Assembly: GCA_964016885.1 (NCBI GenBank)
Contig: OZ024757.1
Coordinates: 32,674,001-32,738,000 of the forward strand
Source: Eledone cirrhosa
Taxonomy: Eukaryota
DNA length: 64,000 nt
Reading direction: 5' to 3'
Part shown: piece by piece, positions 14,601-25,476 of the stretch
Numbering within the stretch: position 1 is the stretch's first letter
How the letters are laid out: every line of letters begins with the position of its first letter
The notes under the pieces: generated by a model
The model's database searches: none
Seen by the model: only the letters and a program-made list of their open reading frames with translations
Told to the model about the DNA's origin: nothing
Position numbers and translations under genes: made by a program

Positions 14601-17600
14601 ATTCGTTGTTATGTTTCTCGTGTCTCAATAACATCTTTAATCCATGCTGCTGGAATTGGCGACCTGACGAAAGGAATATTGTAAATAGATGGTAAATAGA
14701 TCGAGGGACCTTCCCTCACGTCTATGTCAACAAGATAATCCAACGAGGATACTATCACTTACCACACTGGCAACTAACGACCACTGATTCTACCACCCCG
14801 CTAAAGTGGCGACTACTCTACAACTAATAACTGCTAAAGTTTTCTCGTCTGTGTAAATGAGGTGATTAATCTCATTTGCATATGAAGCTGCATAAGTTGG
14901 CTCAACTTATAATAGAATAGAAATAGGAGTTCGCTTCAAGCATAGCTTTATACAAATATGTTTCCTGTAAATTTAGAAATACGAAATTTCTATACATATT
15001 CGTATAAAGCTATGCTTGAAGCGAAATCCTATTTGGGTAGACTGGGTGCATTTAATCATGGCTCTGTCACTATTACATGAATTATAAAATAGATTAAATA
15101 AACCCCAAAATACTTACAAACCTCCATACTTGTTGTAATAAAGTATTTTTCCATCTAAAGTCTGGAATTCAGTGAAGAGAGGGTGTAGTTTATTGGCTGA
15201 AAAAGAGAAATATATTTTTTTAGAGATACCTCATTTGAAAACAAACCACCCCTTGGTGGTTTATCTAAAATCGTCTATCATAATTTTATGTAAGAACTTT
15301 TGGTATGTTATGTTTTAAACACCAGACAAATAATGAGAAAGTTAATTATATTGCTATATCACTTTGAATATTTAATTATTTTCAAAATTATTTGAAAATC
15401 ATACAGTGTTTGTTTTCTTTTCATTACAAACATGGTTAGGAAACGATTAAAGTGTTTATATTAATCTAAAAACCTTCCATCATAATTTTATGTAAGAACT
15501 TTTAAGTTACATTCAAAACACCTACTTGATAATAAAAAGTTAGTTATTTTAATTATTAAATCCTTTCAAATTCTTGCTTATTTTCAAAATTATTTGAAAA
15601 TTATAGGCAGTGTCTTTCATTGGAAATATGGTAATGAAAGGGTTAAAGAAAAATTTCTGTAGTGATTCTCACCATTTTTTTGAGAGTCGATGGTTTCTTG
15701 TTTCAACATCCAAGCCACAGACTTTTTCTGGTAATTACGAAGAAATGGTTTCAATGCCGCTGGTTGGAGATTGTCTGTGACTTCCACAGGATTCTGTTGA
15801 TGGATCTTACGTACCTCACTAAAAAGTTCCTCAATATCTGGTTTAATCGTGGCAATGCTGTTGTCATAAGCTGCAAATTTAAGCAACAATAAATTAGTTA
15901 TGATAAGCAGTCTGTTGTGGTGGTGGTGGTGGGGGGTTTCACAATGTTTACAGCCATACGCAGGTAGTTGCAAGGCAGCGAATTGGGAGACTCATTAGAA
16001 CGTCAGATGGAATGCTTTGCCATATTGGTTTCGGCTCTCTGCTCTCTGAGTTCAAATCCCGCTGGGGCCAACTTTGCCTTCCTTCCATTCCAGGTCGATA
16101 AAAGAAGTACCAGTCAAGTACAGAGGTCGTTTCTTCCCCTCTATCTCTTTCTCACTTCCATTCTCTCACTCTGGAAGAAATCTGCTGTGTTCAGACCAAG
16201 AAAAGTTTTTTAAAATGCCCTAGTAACACAGTACGTCAATACGGCATCCCTATGACTTTTTCAGGCGTTATGGAACCATACATACAGGTAGTCAATTTGG
16301 CAGAGTCATTAGAGCAGTGGATATTTGTTCCAGCGCTCTGCATGTACTCTGAGTTCAAATCCTGCCAATGTCATCTTTGCTTTTCATCATTTCAAAAGGA
16401 TTGATAAAAAAAAGTACCAATCCAGTATTGATGCAGCCCTCTTGGATGTTTTGCTGCATCAAGAAGATGTCAGATATTCCTCATGACTACAGGAGCACCT
16501 AAAACCCTTAACAAAAGCATGATACATACTACCAAACCATACACAATTGCAAATGGCAGCCTTAGCAGTTATTGCTTAAGAAAAAACTATTTTTTTTTGT
16601 TTTAAGACTACTTCATTCAAAATGAAAAGTATTAAAGTGTATTATGACAACTATAGAGGATTGTTCTGTCTTTTAGTCACAGAATTTGTGGACACAGCAT
16701 GACAGAATGGTTCAATCCCAATATATGGCATTGAGTAAATGTCATTTATTACAGCCACAGGTCGACCATTGCCTTATGAGTGAAATTAATTTAATACAAA
16801 AATATAGGGTGTATAAAAAAATCATCGAATTTTATTTACAATTTTTATAAATGCTCAATATGTAAATAACTTTATAAAAATTTATAAAAGTTATAAAAAA
16901 AAAAGAATAAAATTTTATGTTCAGACATATACTGTACAAGTTACCACATGTAAAAGTTACCACATATGTTTAAAAAATATAGCCTTTTGAAATATAACCT
17001 TTTTGATACACCCTGTATAGTGAAAATTATTTAGTGCAAACATGTAAGATATTTTGCTATTCACTTTCAAAAAATAATTAGTGCATACAGGTAAAATAAT
17101 TTTCTACTCACTTTGGGAAAATATTTAGTGATGTATACAAGTAAAATATTTTTCTACTCACTTTGGGAAAATAATTAATAATGTATACAGGTAAAATATT
17201 TTTCTACTCACTTTTGGAAAATAATTAGTGATGTATACAGGTAAAATATTTTTCTACTCACTTTGGAAATATAATTAGTGCAAACAGGTAAAATATTTTG
17301 CTATTCACTTTCAAAAAATAATTAGTGCATACAGGTAAAATAATTTTCTACTTACTTTGGGAAAATATTTAGTGATGTATACAGGTAAAATATTTTTCTA
17401 CTCACTTTGGGAAAATAATTAGTGATGTATACAGGTAAAATATTTTTCTAATCACTTTGGGAAAATAATTAGTGATGTATACAGGTAAAATGTTTTTCTA
17501 CTCACTTTGTTCATGGATGTTGTAAAAATATTTCATGATATTTTTAATAAACACAGCATTTCTTTTAATTTGTGTTGTCTCTGATGCGTAGTTCAATTTA

Positions 17601-18190
17601 GTTAAACTGGTTTCTTTTATTGATGCATATATATCTACAATGCCTGCATCAAAATCTATACCAACACACTGCATTAATACCACGTTGCATTTCAGTGCAG
17701 TGAGTACAATGTCAGGTAAATCAGAGATGACTTGAATAAAGTTTGCTTTAATGGGAGAGCCATTCTTCTTATCTTTTTCATCAACGGTTTCTTCGAAATA
17801 AAACATACTGCAACCAATCTCGTTGCTTACATACCAATAGATCGTTTCAGATGTAGGCAACCCAAATTCTCGTGCAAGTAAATTTTGTTCAGAGTTTAGT
17901 AGCTGCACTTTTAAATGACCTATTGGAAATAATCTCATTCCATTATAATTTGTCTGTAACTCTGAGAAAATTTGAAGCTTCAAGAACAAGTGGCAAGAAC
18001 TCAAGCAAAGATTAAAGAAGGTTTCTGTTCTTTCAGTTGGGAATAAATAGTTCTCAGTAGTTTTCCTACTTTTCTTAGCTTTTGCTTTCACTGTTTGATC
18101 TTCTAAAATCTTACATTTATAAGGCTGTAATAAGTTAATGGTTGATAATTCTGAACGGCGCAGTGGGATAATTTGCTTTCTTTTCCCCAT
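1445..18190 (-). CDS. SHPRH: SHPRH (SNF2-PHD-RING helicase / E3 ubiquitin ligase), 5' part: 12 coding exons, 676 codons in window; 3' exons (RING, helicase C) lie beyond the left edge
   Basis: Hand-spliced GT-AG, phase-consistent exons give LKPFLRNYQKKSVAWML, GGILADEMGLGKTVEVL (motif I), a PHD finger, ATLIVAPMSIRYQW (Ia), WWRVCLDEAQMVE (II), KWCVTGTPIQ (III) and VHWLSFSPVEEHFY, in the same order as vertebrate SHPRH. Confidence 0.95.
1799..1893. mobile_element. Tiny Tc1-type MITE; similar elements at 16805-17016 and 49960-50118
   Basis: TA|CAGGGAGTCCCAAAAAA ... TTTTTTGGGACACCCTA|TA. Confidence 0.75.
2750..3400 (-). mobile_element. Old degenerate copy of the same Tx1/L1 family (3' end)
   Basis: Minus strand reads ATGACGAAAAAGGTTGTATAGTGGACAAGATTGAAAGGGCT...GTGAATGGGGCC, matching 62063-62258 with stops and indels. 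Confidence 0.8.
5389..5552 (-). CDS. SHPRH: SHPRH exon (DLHGLLLFLGVDPYWVQQWW...LWRTAKKHVINE)
   Basis: tgtag acceptor, GAG|GTAAGG donor, 164 nt, phase 1-0. Confidence 0.94.
6001..6098. repeat. 27-bp tandem repeat, about 3.6 copies
   Basis: CCCAAAGCTATACTAGAAAAYAGCCAG. Confidence 0.95.
6186..6264 (-). CDS. SHPRH: SHPRH exon, motif III (TAEMASRLTAINKWCVTGTPIQKNID)
   Basis: cttag acceptor, G|GTAATG donor, 79 nt, phase 0-1. Confidence 0.93.
7340..7560. mobile_element. piggyBac-like ~200-220-bp MITE, representative of about 15 copies: 1222-1426, 3501-3682, 26672-26866, 31231-31438, 36525-36725, 37278-37411, 40233-40695, 41280-41390, 42484-42686, 43030-43250, 44453-44660, 45691-45881, 46220-46442, 54582-54795, 56045-56251
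   Basis: TTAA|CCCTTTAGCATTTA ... TAAATGCTAAAGGG|TTAA. Confidence 0.92.
7612..7656 (-). CDS. SHPRH: SHPRH 45-nt exon with Walker B (VCLDEAQMVECTTTK)
   Basis: ttgcag acceptor, AAA|GTAAGT donor. Confidence 0.93.
7789..8720 (-). mobile_element. RTE-type LINE 3' fragment with tail
   Basis: MLHGSETW...MLRWMC...ERRLRWYGHMMR; same family as 59605-60515; other relics near 3700-4900, 6310-6800, 38020-38400 and 63730-63940. Confidence 0.85.
9278..9357 (-). CDS. SHPRH: SHPRH exon (GKKFRKPKRYMTIPSPMVAVRWWR)
   Basis: ttgcag acceptor, CGG|GTAAGT donor, 80 nt, phase 1-0. Confidence 0.93.
9466..9807 (+). mobile_element. tRNA-headed CORE-like SINE with RTE-type tail (representative); others at 31838-32120(-), 32194-32630(+), 44025-44358(+); variants with different tails at 11420-11690, 12380-12630, 28385-28630, 35517-35850, 48720-48940, 58075-58415
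   Basis: A-box TGGCTTAGTGG, B-box GAGTTCAATT, CORE-like TCCTTGAGCAAGACACTT, (TGA)n tail. Confidence 0.85.
9971..10097 (-). CDS. SHPRH: SHPRH exon (VYEGV...YDIVVTTYETLCKELNYVDLPH)
   Basis: gacag acceptor, T|GTAAGC donor, 127 nt, phase 0-1. Confidence 0.93.
10270..11200 (-). mobile_element. Cluster of about 5 tandem copies of a second tRNA-derived SINE family (many more copies window-wide, e.g. 423-645, 26128-26300, 36280-36465, 47800-48215, 56770-56955)
   Basis: GAGTTCAAATCCCGCCGAGGTTAACTTTGCCTTTCATCCTTACGGGGTCGATAAAATAAAGTACCAG core. Confidence 0.88.
11230..11337 (-). CDS. SHPRH: SHPRH exon (EPILSGATLIVAPMSIRYQWLEEIKKHV), motif Ia
   Basis: tttag acceptor, TTT|GTATGT donor, 108 nt. Confidence 0.93.
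11955..12190 (+). mobile_element. CR1-like LINE 3' fragment
   Basis: PASVVSCRDTASFRTSM C-terminus plus a 3' UTR also found at 2570-2645 (+) and 53760-53890 (-). Confidence 0.6.
12664..12852 (-). CDS. SHPRH: SHPRH PHD-finger exon (CIC...CALC...HGEC...CPHC)
   Basis: tatag acceptor, TCA|GTAAGT donor, 189 nt; C4HC3 spacing. Confidence 0.93.
13642..13807 (-). CDS. SHPRH: SHPRH exon with SNF2 motif I (GGILADEMGLGKT)
   Basis: ctag acceptor, CAG|GTAAAT donor, 166 nt, phase 2-0. Confidence 0.95.
14158..14199 (-). ncRNA. Minimal type I hammerhead ribozyme motif (Penelope-like-element type)
   Basis: CCAUC-CUGAUGA-AGGC-cagucaa-GCCU-GAAA-UGCA-UA/GACGG: complete core, 4-bp stem II, palindromic stem III loop, stem I 4 of 5 pairs. 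Confidence 0.7.
14286..14822 (+). mobile_element. Candidate solo LTR
   Basis: TGTAG...CTACA termini, CpG-rich interior, CCAAT and AATAAA; no TSD visible. Confidence 0.4.
15118..15196 (-). CDS. SHPRH: SHPRH exon (NKLHPLFTEFQTLDGKILYYNKYGG)
   Basis: tttcag acceptor, TT|GTAAGT donor, 79 nt, phase 1-2; matches the LYYN.Y.G motif of SHPRH. Confidence 0.9.
15673..15870 (-). CDS. SHPRH: SHPRH exon (PDIEELFSEV...LKPFLRNYQKKSVAWMLKQE)
   Basis: ttgcag acceptor, G|GTGAG donor, 198 nt, phase 1-1; Q-motif-like LRNYQ. Confidence 0.93.
17020..17509. repeat. Minisatellite, about 10 x ~50 bp, overlapping the SHPRH exon-1 donor
   Basis: Unit GTAAAATATTTTTCTACTCACTTTGGGAAAATAATTAGTGATGTATACAG. Confidence 0.95.
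17506..18190 (-). CDS. SHPRH: SHPRH coding exon 1 (MGKRKQIIPLRRS...IHEQ)
   Basis: Acceptor tttacag then AG ATG; open for 685 nt; donor AAA|GTGAGT, phase 1. Confidence 0.85.
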
Positions 18191-19012
18191 CTCTGTAAAA
18201 AACACAAAGAAAAATAAAATCATCATCATCATTTTACATCTACTTTTCCCTGCTTGCAAGGGTGGCACAAGTCCTATTCAGCAGAGCATCTCTCCACTTA
18301 TCACGGACCTTCGTCATCTCCTCCGTGAGCTTCAGCAATCAGAGGTCTGCTCTCACCACCTCCGCCCATGTTTTTCATGGTCTTCCTCTACTGCGTCTTC
18401 ACATCTACATATAATCAACATATAAATTTGAGCGACTTCCATCCGTCCATCACACAATGTGTGTTTGTGTGAATGTATGCGTGTGTGTGTGTGTGTGTGT
18501 AAAAGGAAGGAAGGGGATGATGAAAAAAACTATAGCAAAACAGCAGTTGGCGTTTCATTTGCTACGCTGTGTGTGTGTGTGTGTTTGTATAAATGCATGT
18601 GTATTTGTGTGAATGCATGTCTGTGAGTGTGTATTTTTGTGTGTCTGCTTATTTATATTTATATACTCATGCATATAAATGTATGCATATGCACATACAC
18701 AAATGTACACACACATACGCATACACATCAGTATGTGGAAAAAAATCCTAGTAAATCATCATCATCATTTAATGTCTATCTTCCACACTAGCATGGGTTA
18801 GATGGAAATTGTCCCACTTGAGGCAAGATTGATCAGCTCGTATCTGGCAGGTTCTCTACAGCTGGATGCCCTTCTTAACACCAACCACTTTTACAGTGTG
18901 GACTGGGAGCTTTTTACCGTGTCTCCTAAACAATCACTTTACAGCGTGGACATAAAATAAAATAGAAATATTGATTAAGCACAAGGCCAGCAAATTTGGT
19001 GGGAGGGGAAAT

Positions 19013-19384
19013 ATACAAGGGCTGGCTGAAAAATTGATAGGCTGACCAAGATACTCTCATGGAATACTCAAATGAGGTTTATTTTTCAACATAGTCTCTA
19101 AAAAGAAACAATTATCCACGCTAGCATGGGTAGGACAGACAGAGCCTTTGTGAGAGATCAGGGCAGAGGAACTGATTTTGGCTTGCTTTCTACAGCTGGA
19201 TGCCCTTCCTAACATCAACCACATTTACAGTGTGTGTGCTGGGTGCTTATAGTTGTGACACCTACACGGCCACTTTACAATGCAGTTATTAATAAGAAGA
19301 GTTGAAATTAAGACCTGCAAGATTTCACAGCTCTAGCATCAATCCTTCATAGTCAGCTTATGAGCTTTTCTACCAATCCTTGTA
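19013..19384. mobile_element. Mariner-type MITE with a nested SINE-tail insertion; other copies at 43559-43742, 46830-47036 and 63293-63492
   Basis: TIR-like GGGCTGGCTGAAAAGTTCATAGGCTGA with TA flanks. Confidence 0.8.
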
Positions 19385-19863
19385 TTATGAATTTGTGCGT
19401 GGATACAGCATAACTGAATGATTAAGAAGTTCACTTCACCATCCTCGGCGAGATTTGAACTCAGACCGTAAAGGGTCGTAACTCTATGCCGCAAAGCATG
19501 GCGTCTGACCCTGTACCGATACTGCCAATCCAGCGCCAGAAAAATATAGTAAAACACACTCTTCTCTTTGTTGTTATATAACAGGAAAATTATTAAAGCC
19601 AGTAATAATTATCTCCCTTACACAGTTAACACTATGCAACTGAGAGCGAATTGTAATTTAAGAGTAACAATTTATATCTGATAGAAATATATATCTGTTG
19701 GAGACGCAGGACATGGCAGCGATAATGAAGGACAGGGACCGCTGGAGAGAACTCGTCCATGGATCTCGGGAATTTTACCCGCCTTAGATAGATAGATATA
19801 TATAATCAATTAATTATTGCTAAGAACCGTATAAATAAAAACATCAATTCGACACAAAGTACA

Positions 19864-20140
19864 TCAATCGGTCTCACACCACAAGAGACATCGGAAATTT
19901 TTGAGGCAAGCTAACACGCTCGCAGCATTACCGCGGGTGATGGCGAGACTAAGGTGCTGAAACAACGAAGCACCTTCACCGGCATCACCTGACAGCTCGG
20001 GAAGGTGAGCCGCCAACGATAACAAGAACTTCGCTGTCAACGGCCCACCCCCAAACGTCTCGAAAGCCATATGCTGGAAGAAATGGTTTACCGATAAGTA
20101 CCGGTACTTTAGAATTTTATTCCGTTCGGCTACGGAAACG
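19864..20140 (-). mobile_element. 3' fragment of a CRE-like (restriction-like endonuclease) non-LTR retrotransposon
   Basis: AERNKILKYRYL...MAFETFGG...LFQHLSLAITRGNAASVLA, the typical KxxKY / ETxG / QRLSxAIxRGNA end; GC-rich. Confidence 0.75.
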
Positions 20141-20176
20141 GTTAGAATTTATCAAATGTTTGTTTATGCCCCAACC

Positions 20177-20241
<65 letters not shown>

Positions 20242-20501
20242 CGAAATATAAACATATTTGAAATATTTTATTTTGCATTATCTGCTGTCTTTTGCTCTGG
20301 TATTGGCTCGGTTGTTCACCCCTTCCTTTACATTTTCTTTAATATTGCAATATTAAAAGAATATATCTTTCTGAATGAATCGCGAGCAATTTATAATGTT
20401 ATCTAAGCATTTGTAATGTTATTTATGTATATATTTAAAACATATTTGTTATGTTATTCTACTGTAAATTTATTTATATGCTCTGTTTATATTTTCATTC
20501 T

Positions 20502-21691
20502 GAAACTACAACGGAATTGGCTGTCAGAAGTGAAAGTAGAAGAATGTGACGTCAACCTTCGTTTATTTCCGTATCACCACCACCACCATGTGTGAATAAA
20601 TAAACTTTGAAATCACCACGTTGATCCAAAACTTGGTTTTTCACTTTGGGATAATACACGTGTTTGCAACTTGAAAAATATGAATTCTACATTATACCCC
20701 CTACCGCTACTATGTGGTGAACGCATGATGGAAGTAGCGAAAAAAAATGTGTCAGATGGAATTATCTGGTCATGTGGAAGGCCATGTAAAAATATGGTGT
20801 CGATTAGAAAAGGCATATTTCTAGAAAATAGTAAATTGAAGTGTGAACAAATAGTTGACATATTGTATTTTGGGGCAAAAGATTTAGCAAAGGGGATTTC
20901 AAAGGAATCTCGTATCGCTAATGTAGCTGTAGCAGATTGGTGAAAGTTTTGCCGTGATATTTAAGTTAACTCCACTTACATCGATATGCTTTATTGTTAT
21001 TTCCTTGGGTAAGTTAATATCTAAGCTTTTGCTTACACGTTAATTGCAATTGTAACAGCTAGTCTAGTTTTTAATGCACATGTTAAATCAGATTGTATAT
21101 TATCGTTTTGTTTTAATTGTACCATAACTCTGGAAAATTACGTGGTTATTTGGTACCAAATGGACATCAATACGAGAAGCAGTTATAATTATTAAACTAC
21201 GGATGTTGAATTAATTTTCTTAATCCTGTATGTTATTAAAAGGTTCCCGAGTAGTACAGTAAATTAAAGCCTTTACGAACTGAACTATGCAATGAAAGTA
21301 TTTTTAATAAGTGTATCTCATCGTAAACGTATCTCTTAGAAATTCATAAATGGCTGTGTAATACCCTTACACTTTAAAACAAAATTACAAACCAATTATG
21401 TGGTCATTGAAGTTGCTAGAAATAGCAGGCAAATCTTATACCCTCTACCACATTAAAAAAAGAAGGAACGAAAACGGGAGTAACTCGTTAATATTTATTG
21501 AAATATTCGAAGCGTTACTGCTTCGGAATGGAAACAAATCGATTACGCTAAACATAAATAAGTTGCAAACTTTATTTATTTGCACATGGTGGTGGTGGTG
21601 ATACGGAAATAAACGAAGGTTGACGAATGACGTTAGATTGACGTCACATTCTTCTACTTTCACTTCTGACAGCCAATTCCGTTGTAGTGCC
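20502..21691 (+). mobile_element. Merlin/IS1016-like DNA transposon relic
   Basis: ~105-bp inverted repeats (20505-20611 and 21564-21691); right end reads GGCACTACAACGG on the minus strand; internal remnant CGERM...DGIIWSC...C...SIRKGIFLENSKL...VADW*KFCRDI; no TSD found. Confidence 0.75.
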
Positions 21692-21764
21692 GAATTACAA
21701 ACGATTTGTAATGTTATTTATACAACTGTGAATAAAACTTTCTAAAAGAACCTAAATGTATGTA

Positions 21765-21928
21765 CCGTATTTCCCGGCGTCGAAGACGCTACTTATTTTC
21801 CTAAAATAAGTTTCAAAAATCTACCATGCGTCCTGGAGGCCGAAGTTTTTGTTTTTTTTTCAAATTTTTGGTTGTCAAATTAGGGTGCGTCCTCGAGGAC
21901 GAAGCGTTTTCGGCACCGGGAAATACGG
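21765..21928. mobile_element. Tc1/mariner-superfamily MITE
   Basis: TA|CCGTATTTCCCGG ... CCGGGAAATACGG|TA. Confidence 0.85.
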
Positions 21929-22113
21929 TATATATATGTACCCGTAACTTCTCAGGGAGTCGTGTATGTGCCGTAAAGGAGTCCTTCTCTCTCCAGGCAT
22001 GAACATTTCTTCCAGAGAACGTAATAGAGGAAGTATCGATCTTCAGTACGGACCCGGTACTTTTTTTATCGACCTCGAACCGGCACAAATACCGCAAAGC
22101 ATTCTATCTAGAA

Positions 22114-22565
22114 CAGCGGTTCCCAACCTTTTATAATAAATTCCACCTTAAAGTATGGCTCCCCCCCAAAAAATTAAAATTTTTGATATAATTTTTTTAT
22201 GTAGAAATAATTTCGGCGTGTCTTTTTATTCCAATCAAATCATTTTAAATTTATTATAAACTTTACTAAAATAAATAATATATATCCTGTTATAAAAATA
22301 AGTTTCTTTACTAAGTTTAGTTACTAAAACATAAATTGTTATATCCAGATTTAAATAGTGAAGTGAAATCATAATTAGAAAAGGTAGAAAGTTGATAAAA
22401 AGTTGAATATAAAAATTTGAAGCAAGAAAAATAAAAAATTATGTTAGGAAACTACTCTTCTTTTTTATGTATGAAATTTTGTGATTTTTAGTTAATTCCC
22501 GTGGCTACCCCAGTAACTAGCTATGGCCCACTGGTGGACCATGGCCCCCTGGTTGGGAACCAATG
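22114..22565. mobile_element. hAT (Charlie-like) MITE
   Basis: CAGCGGTTCCCAACC ... GGTTGGGAACCAATG with a perfect 8-bp TSD ATCTAGAA (22106-22113 and 22566-22573). Confidence 0.92.
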
Positions 22566-23125
22566 ATCTAGAACGTAAATAAAGTTATGTTAAAGCCCGC
22601 CGAGGTTCACTTTGCCTTTCATCCTTACGGGGTCGATAAAGTAATGCACTGGGATAATTGCTGTCCTTGTGCCAAAAGTAGAAACAATTATTATTAATTC
22701 TATAACTGTCTTAGGAGAGTTCTTTTCTTGTATGCTGTGATTTCCAAAATTACACGAAAGAAAACTTATCTCTCTCTCTCTCATACACATACGCGCACGC
22801 AATACTCGTGATTCCTAAGATAGAAAAAAAAAACATTTCTTGGCTATTGAAATATTTATATAAATACTTCATTTTTCTATTATTTGCAACTACATTTTTT
22901 AGTAGATCGTATATAAAAATAAAGTTATATCAAAGCAAATTTATTCGATCTTATATTGTCTTGACGATGTCTGAATGTAATTTGTCCAGATATTAAAACC
23001 TTAGATCACACTGAAATAACAAGGAAGTGGGATATTTAAAATAAATGTAATATTATAAATGTGATATTGCAACATAGATGCCGGGGTTAAATCCAGCTTT
23101 CTAACATTATTTAATAATAATAATA

Positions 23126-23156
<31 letters not shown>

Positions 23157-23243
23157 CAGAAAAAAGTCGGTTCTGTAATTTAAAAACAAAATCCTTCTAA
23201 TTTAAATTCACTTTTAAAAGTAACGTAGATGAAATGGATTTAC

Positions 23244-25476
23244 CTGAAGTTATTAGTGACAATTATCAAAATTGATTGATTAAAATGACTCAATAACCGA
23301 AAATAATCAAAAGTAAGTTGATGGATACGAAGCGTTTTCATAAAATCCTGCCATCTTTGTTATGAAATCTATTGTTTACGGAATCAAAACAGCTTATGTA
23401 TTTTCAAAACTTTCGTATTTTATATTGCATTTAATAAATACTTCTAAATCATTTTTTGTTATTATTAATAAAGCAATCCTTTGTCATTGGTACGCGGAAA
23501 ATAAAAATAGGGATTTTCGATGATGGAGTGTTTATTTAGTTTCGTATGCACAAATTACGAAATGCATATCTTAACCATTAAGATGGATCTTCTTCTTGAG
23601 TCATCCCTCTTTCGAAGGTGAAGCATTCATTTTGCTTTTTCTAATGGCTAGAATATATGCAGCTCGTCACACCTGCATAGTCATAGATTTATCTGGTCGC
23701 TCATGGAGCAGTTGTGCCGACCCATTGTCGAATTAATGGATCATTTGCGAAGCCACTGGTGTTCACAACGCCAAGGCCATCTAATTGAACTAATGATCGA
23801 TAACTTAACGTAATAAATTAGATTGACTTTGCCTTTCATCCTTACGGGGTCGATAAAATAAAGTACCAGTAATGAACTAGGTTATTGCTGGCCTTGTGCC
23901 TAAAGTAGAAACAAATAAATTAGATAAGATATTTTCGTTATTTTATTTTCAAGTATTGATATCTATTTGTGAATTCTCTCTCGGTGCACCAATAACAAAC
24001 ATCAATGAACGTTTTCGCATTTATAATTATAATTAGCATAATGAAGATAAACACACAGAAATAAATGCTTCTTCTTCTTAGCCCACTTATTCCTGGGAAT
24101 ATATCTATATAATAACATTTAAATGGTCTCTGATATCTGTTGTATAATAAATAGGTTTTATTTATAATTAGCGTAATTAAGATGAACAAACACAGAAATA
24201 AATGCTACTTCTTCGCCCACTTATTCCTGAGAGGGTCGTTGGGGCAGAGTCCAGAAACACCCCTTCCAGCGGGTCTTGTCAGTTGGAGACGGTGGCTTCT
24301 GTAAGGACCCGCTGAAAGCAGTGTTTCAGGACTCTGCCCCAACGACCCTCTCAGGAATAAGTGGGCGAAGAAGTAGCATTTATTTCTGTGTGTTTGTTCA
24401 TCTTCATTACGCTAATTATAAATAAAACGTATTTATTATACAACAAATATGAGTGCCGATTTAAATATTACTATATAAATATATACAGAATTTGTTTGAT
24501 ACATTTCCAGTATTCGAAAAATAAACGAGAGAAAACGACGATTGTCAAATGTAAAGAAAAAAAGGTGGGGTGAGAAAATCACACACCTCAACAAAGGGCA
24601 ATGCTACAAATGTGTTTGACTTGCCTCAAAAATTATTAGACTGGGGATCTAGCGCTACTTATTGTAACGAGTGCTTGAGCTAATTTAACATGGGGATGAA
24701 TTTTATTCAGTTATTTGTCACCCTAAGGCGATGGATTGGCAGAATCGTTAGAGTGGGAAATAAAATGCCTTGCATCATTTGTTCCTGCTTCTGGAGATAA
24801 GACTTGGAAGTTCTTCACACATCCACAGATGCAAAACCTTAGACACGTCATCATTGTTGTATGCCGAAGTCATTGTATTTCTGAGTTCAAATAGCATCGA
24901 GGTCAACTTTGCCTTTCTACCTTTCGTAGTCGATATAATAAAGTACCAGTCATTCTCCTCTCCACTAATTACAGGCAGTGTACCTCAATTAGATATCTTT
25001 ATTTTGTCAGCCTTCTCCTATCTGCACCATTAAGCTCTGTGACACGATGTTTATCAGTTCAATACATAATATATAGATGCGGGTAAAATACGATGGAATG
25101 TGAGGTCAAAGGTGTCTTTAATTGTTTTAACTTTAATCAGAGGACATTTTAAATAGTACACCGGTTGTGAGAAAGGCGACTTACTACTTTGTACATATCA
25201 AATTCTCGCGCAAAAAGAAAATGTTTTGTAGTTTCGTATCTACTGAATAGTTAAATTATAATTATTAGTTCAATAATAATATATAGGTTTTTTTTTTATT
25301 CGAACTTATATTAATGGAATTTGGTTGTTGTTTTAACTTTTCTTAATATTTTGGTTAACAAAAACTGGTTAGTTCTTGAAAGTTTCGTACAGGTTGCTTC
25401 AGTTTGATGACGACTTGGTTGAATTCTGGCGCCAAACCTAATAATATATATATTTATATAGTTGTGGTGTTTCTTG
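23244..25476. promoter_or_regulatory. Putative shared divergent promoter region of SHPRH and ATAD5, including candidate non-coding first exons
   Basis: Minus-strand donor CAG|GTAAAT at 23244 with a YY1-like AAGATGGC near 23350; plus-strand donor TTG|GTAAGT at 25476; E2F consensus TTTGGCGC on the minus strand at 25429-25436; both first coding exons start with acceptors, so upstream exons are required. Confidence 0.45.
23935..24535. repeat. Long palindromic (foldback/MITE-like) element
   Basis: Arms ~24100-24281 and ~24298-24485 are near-perfect reverse complements; partial extra arm copy at 24030-24095. Confidence 0.9.
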
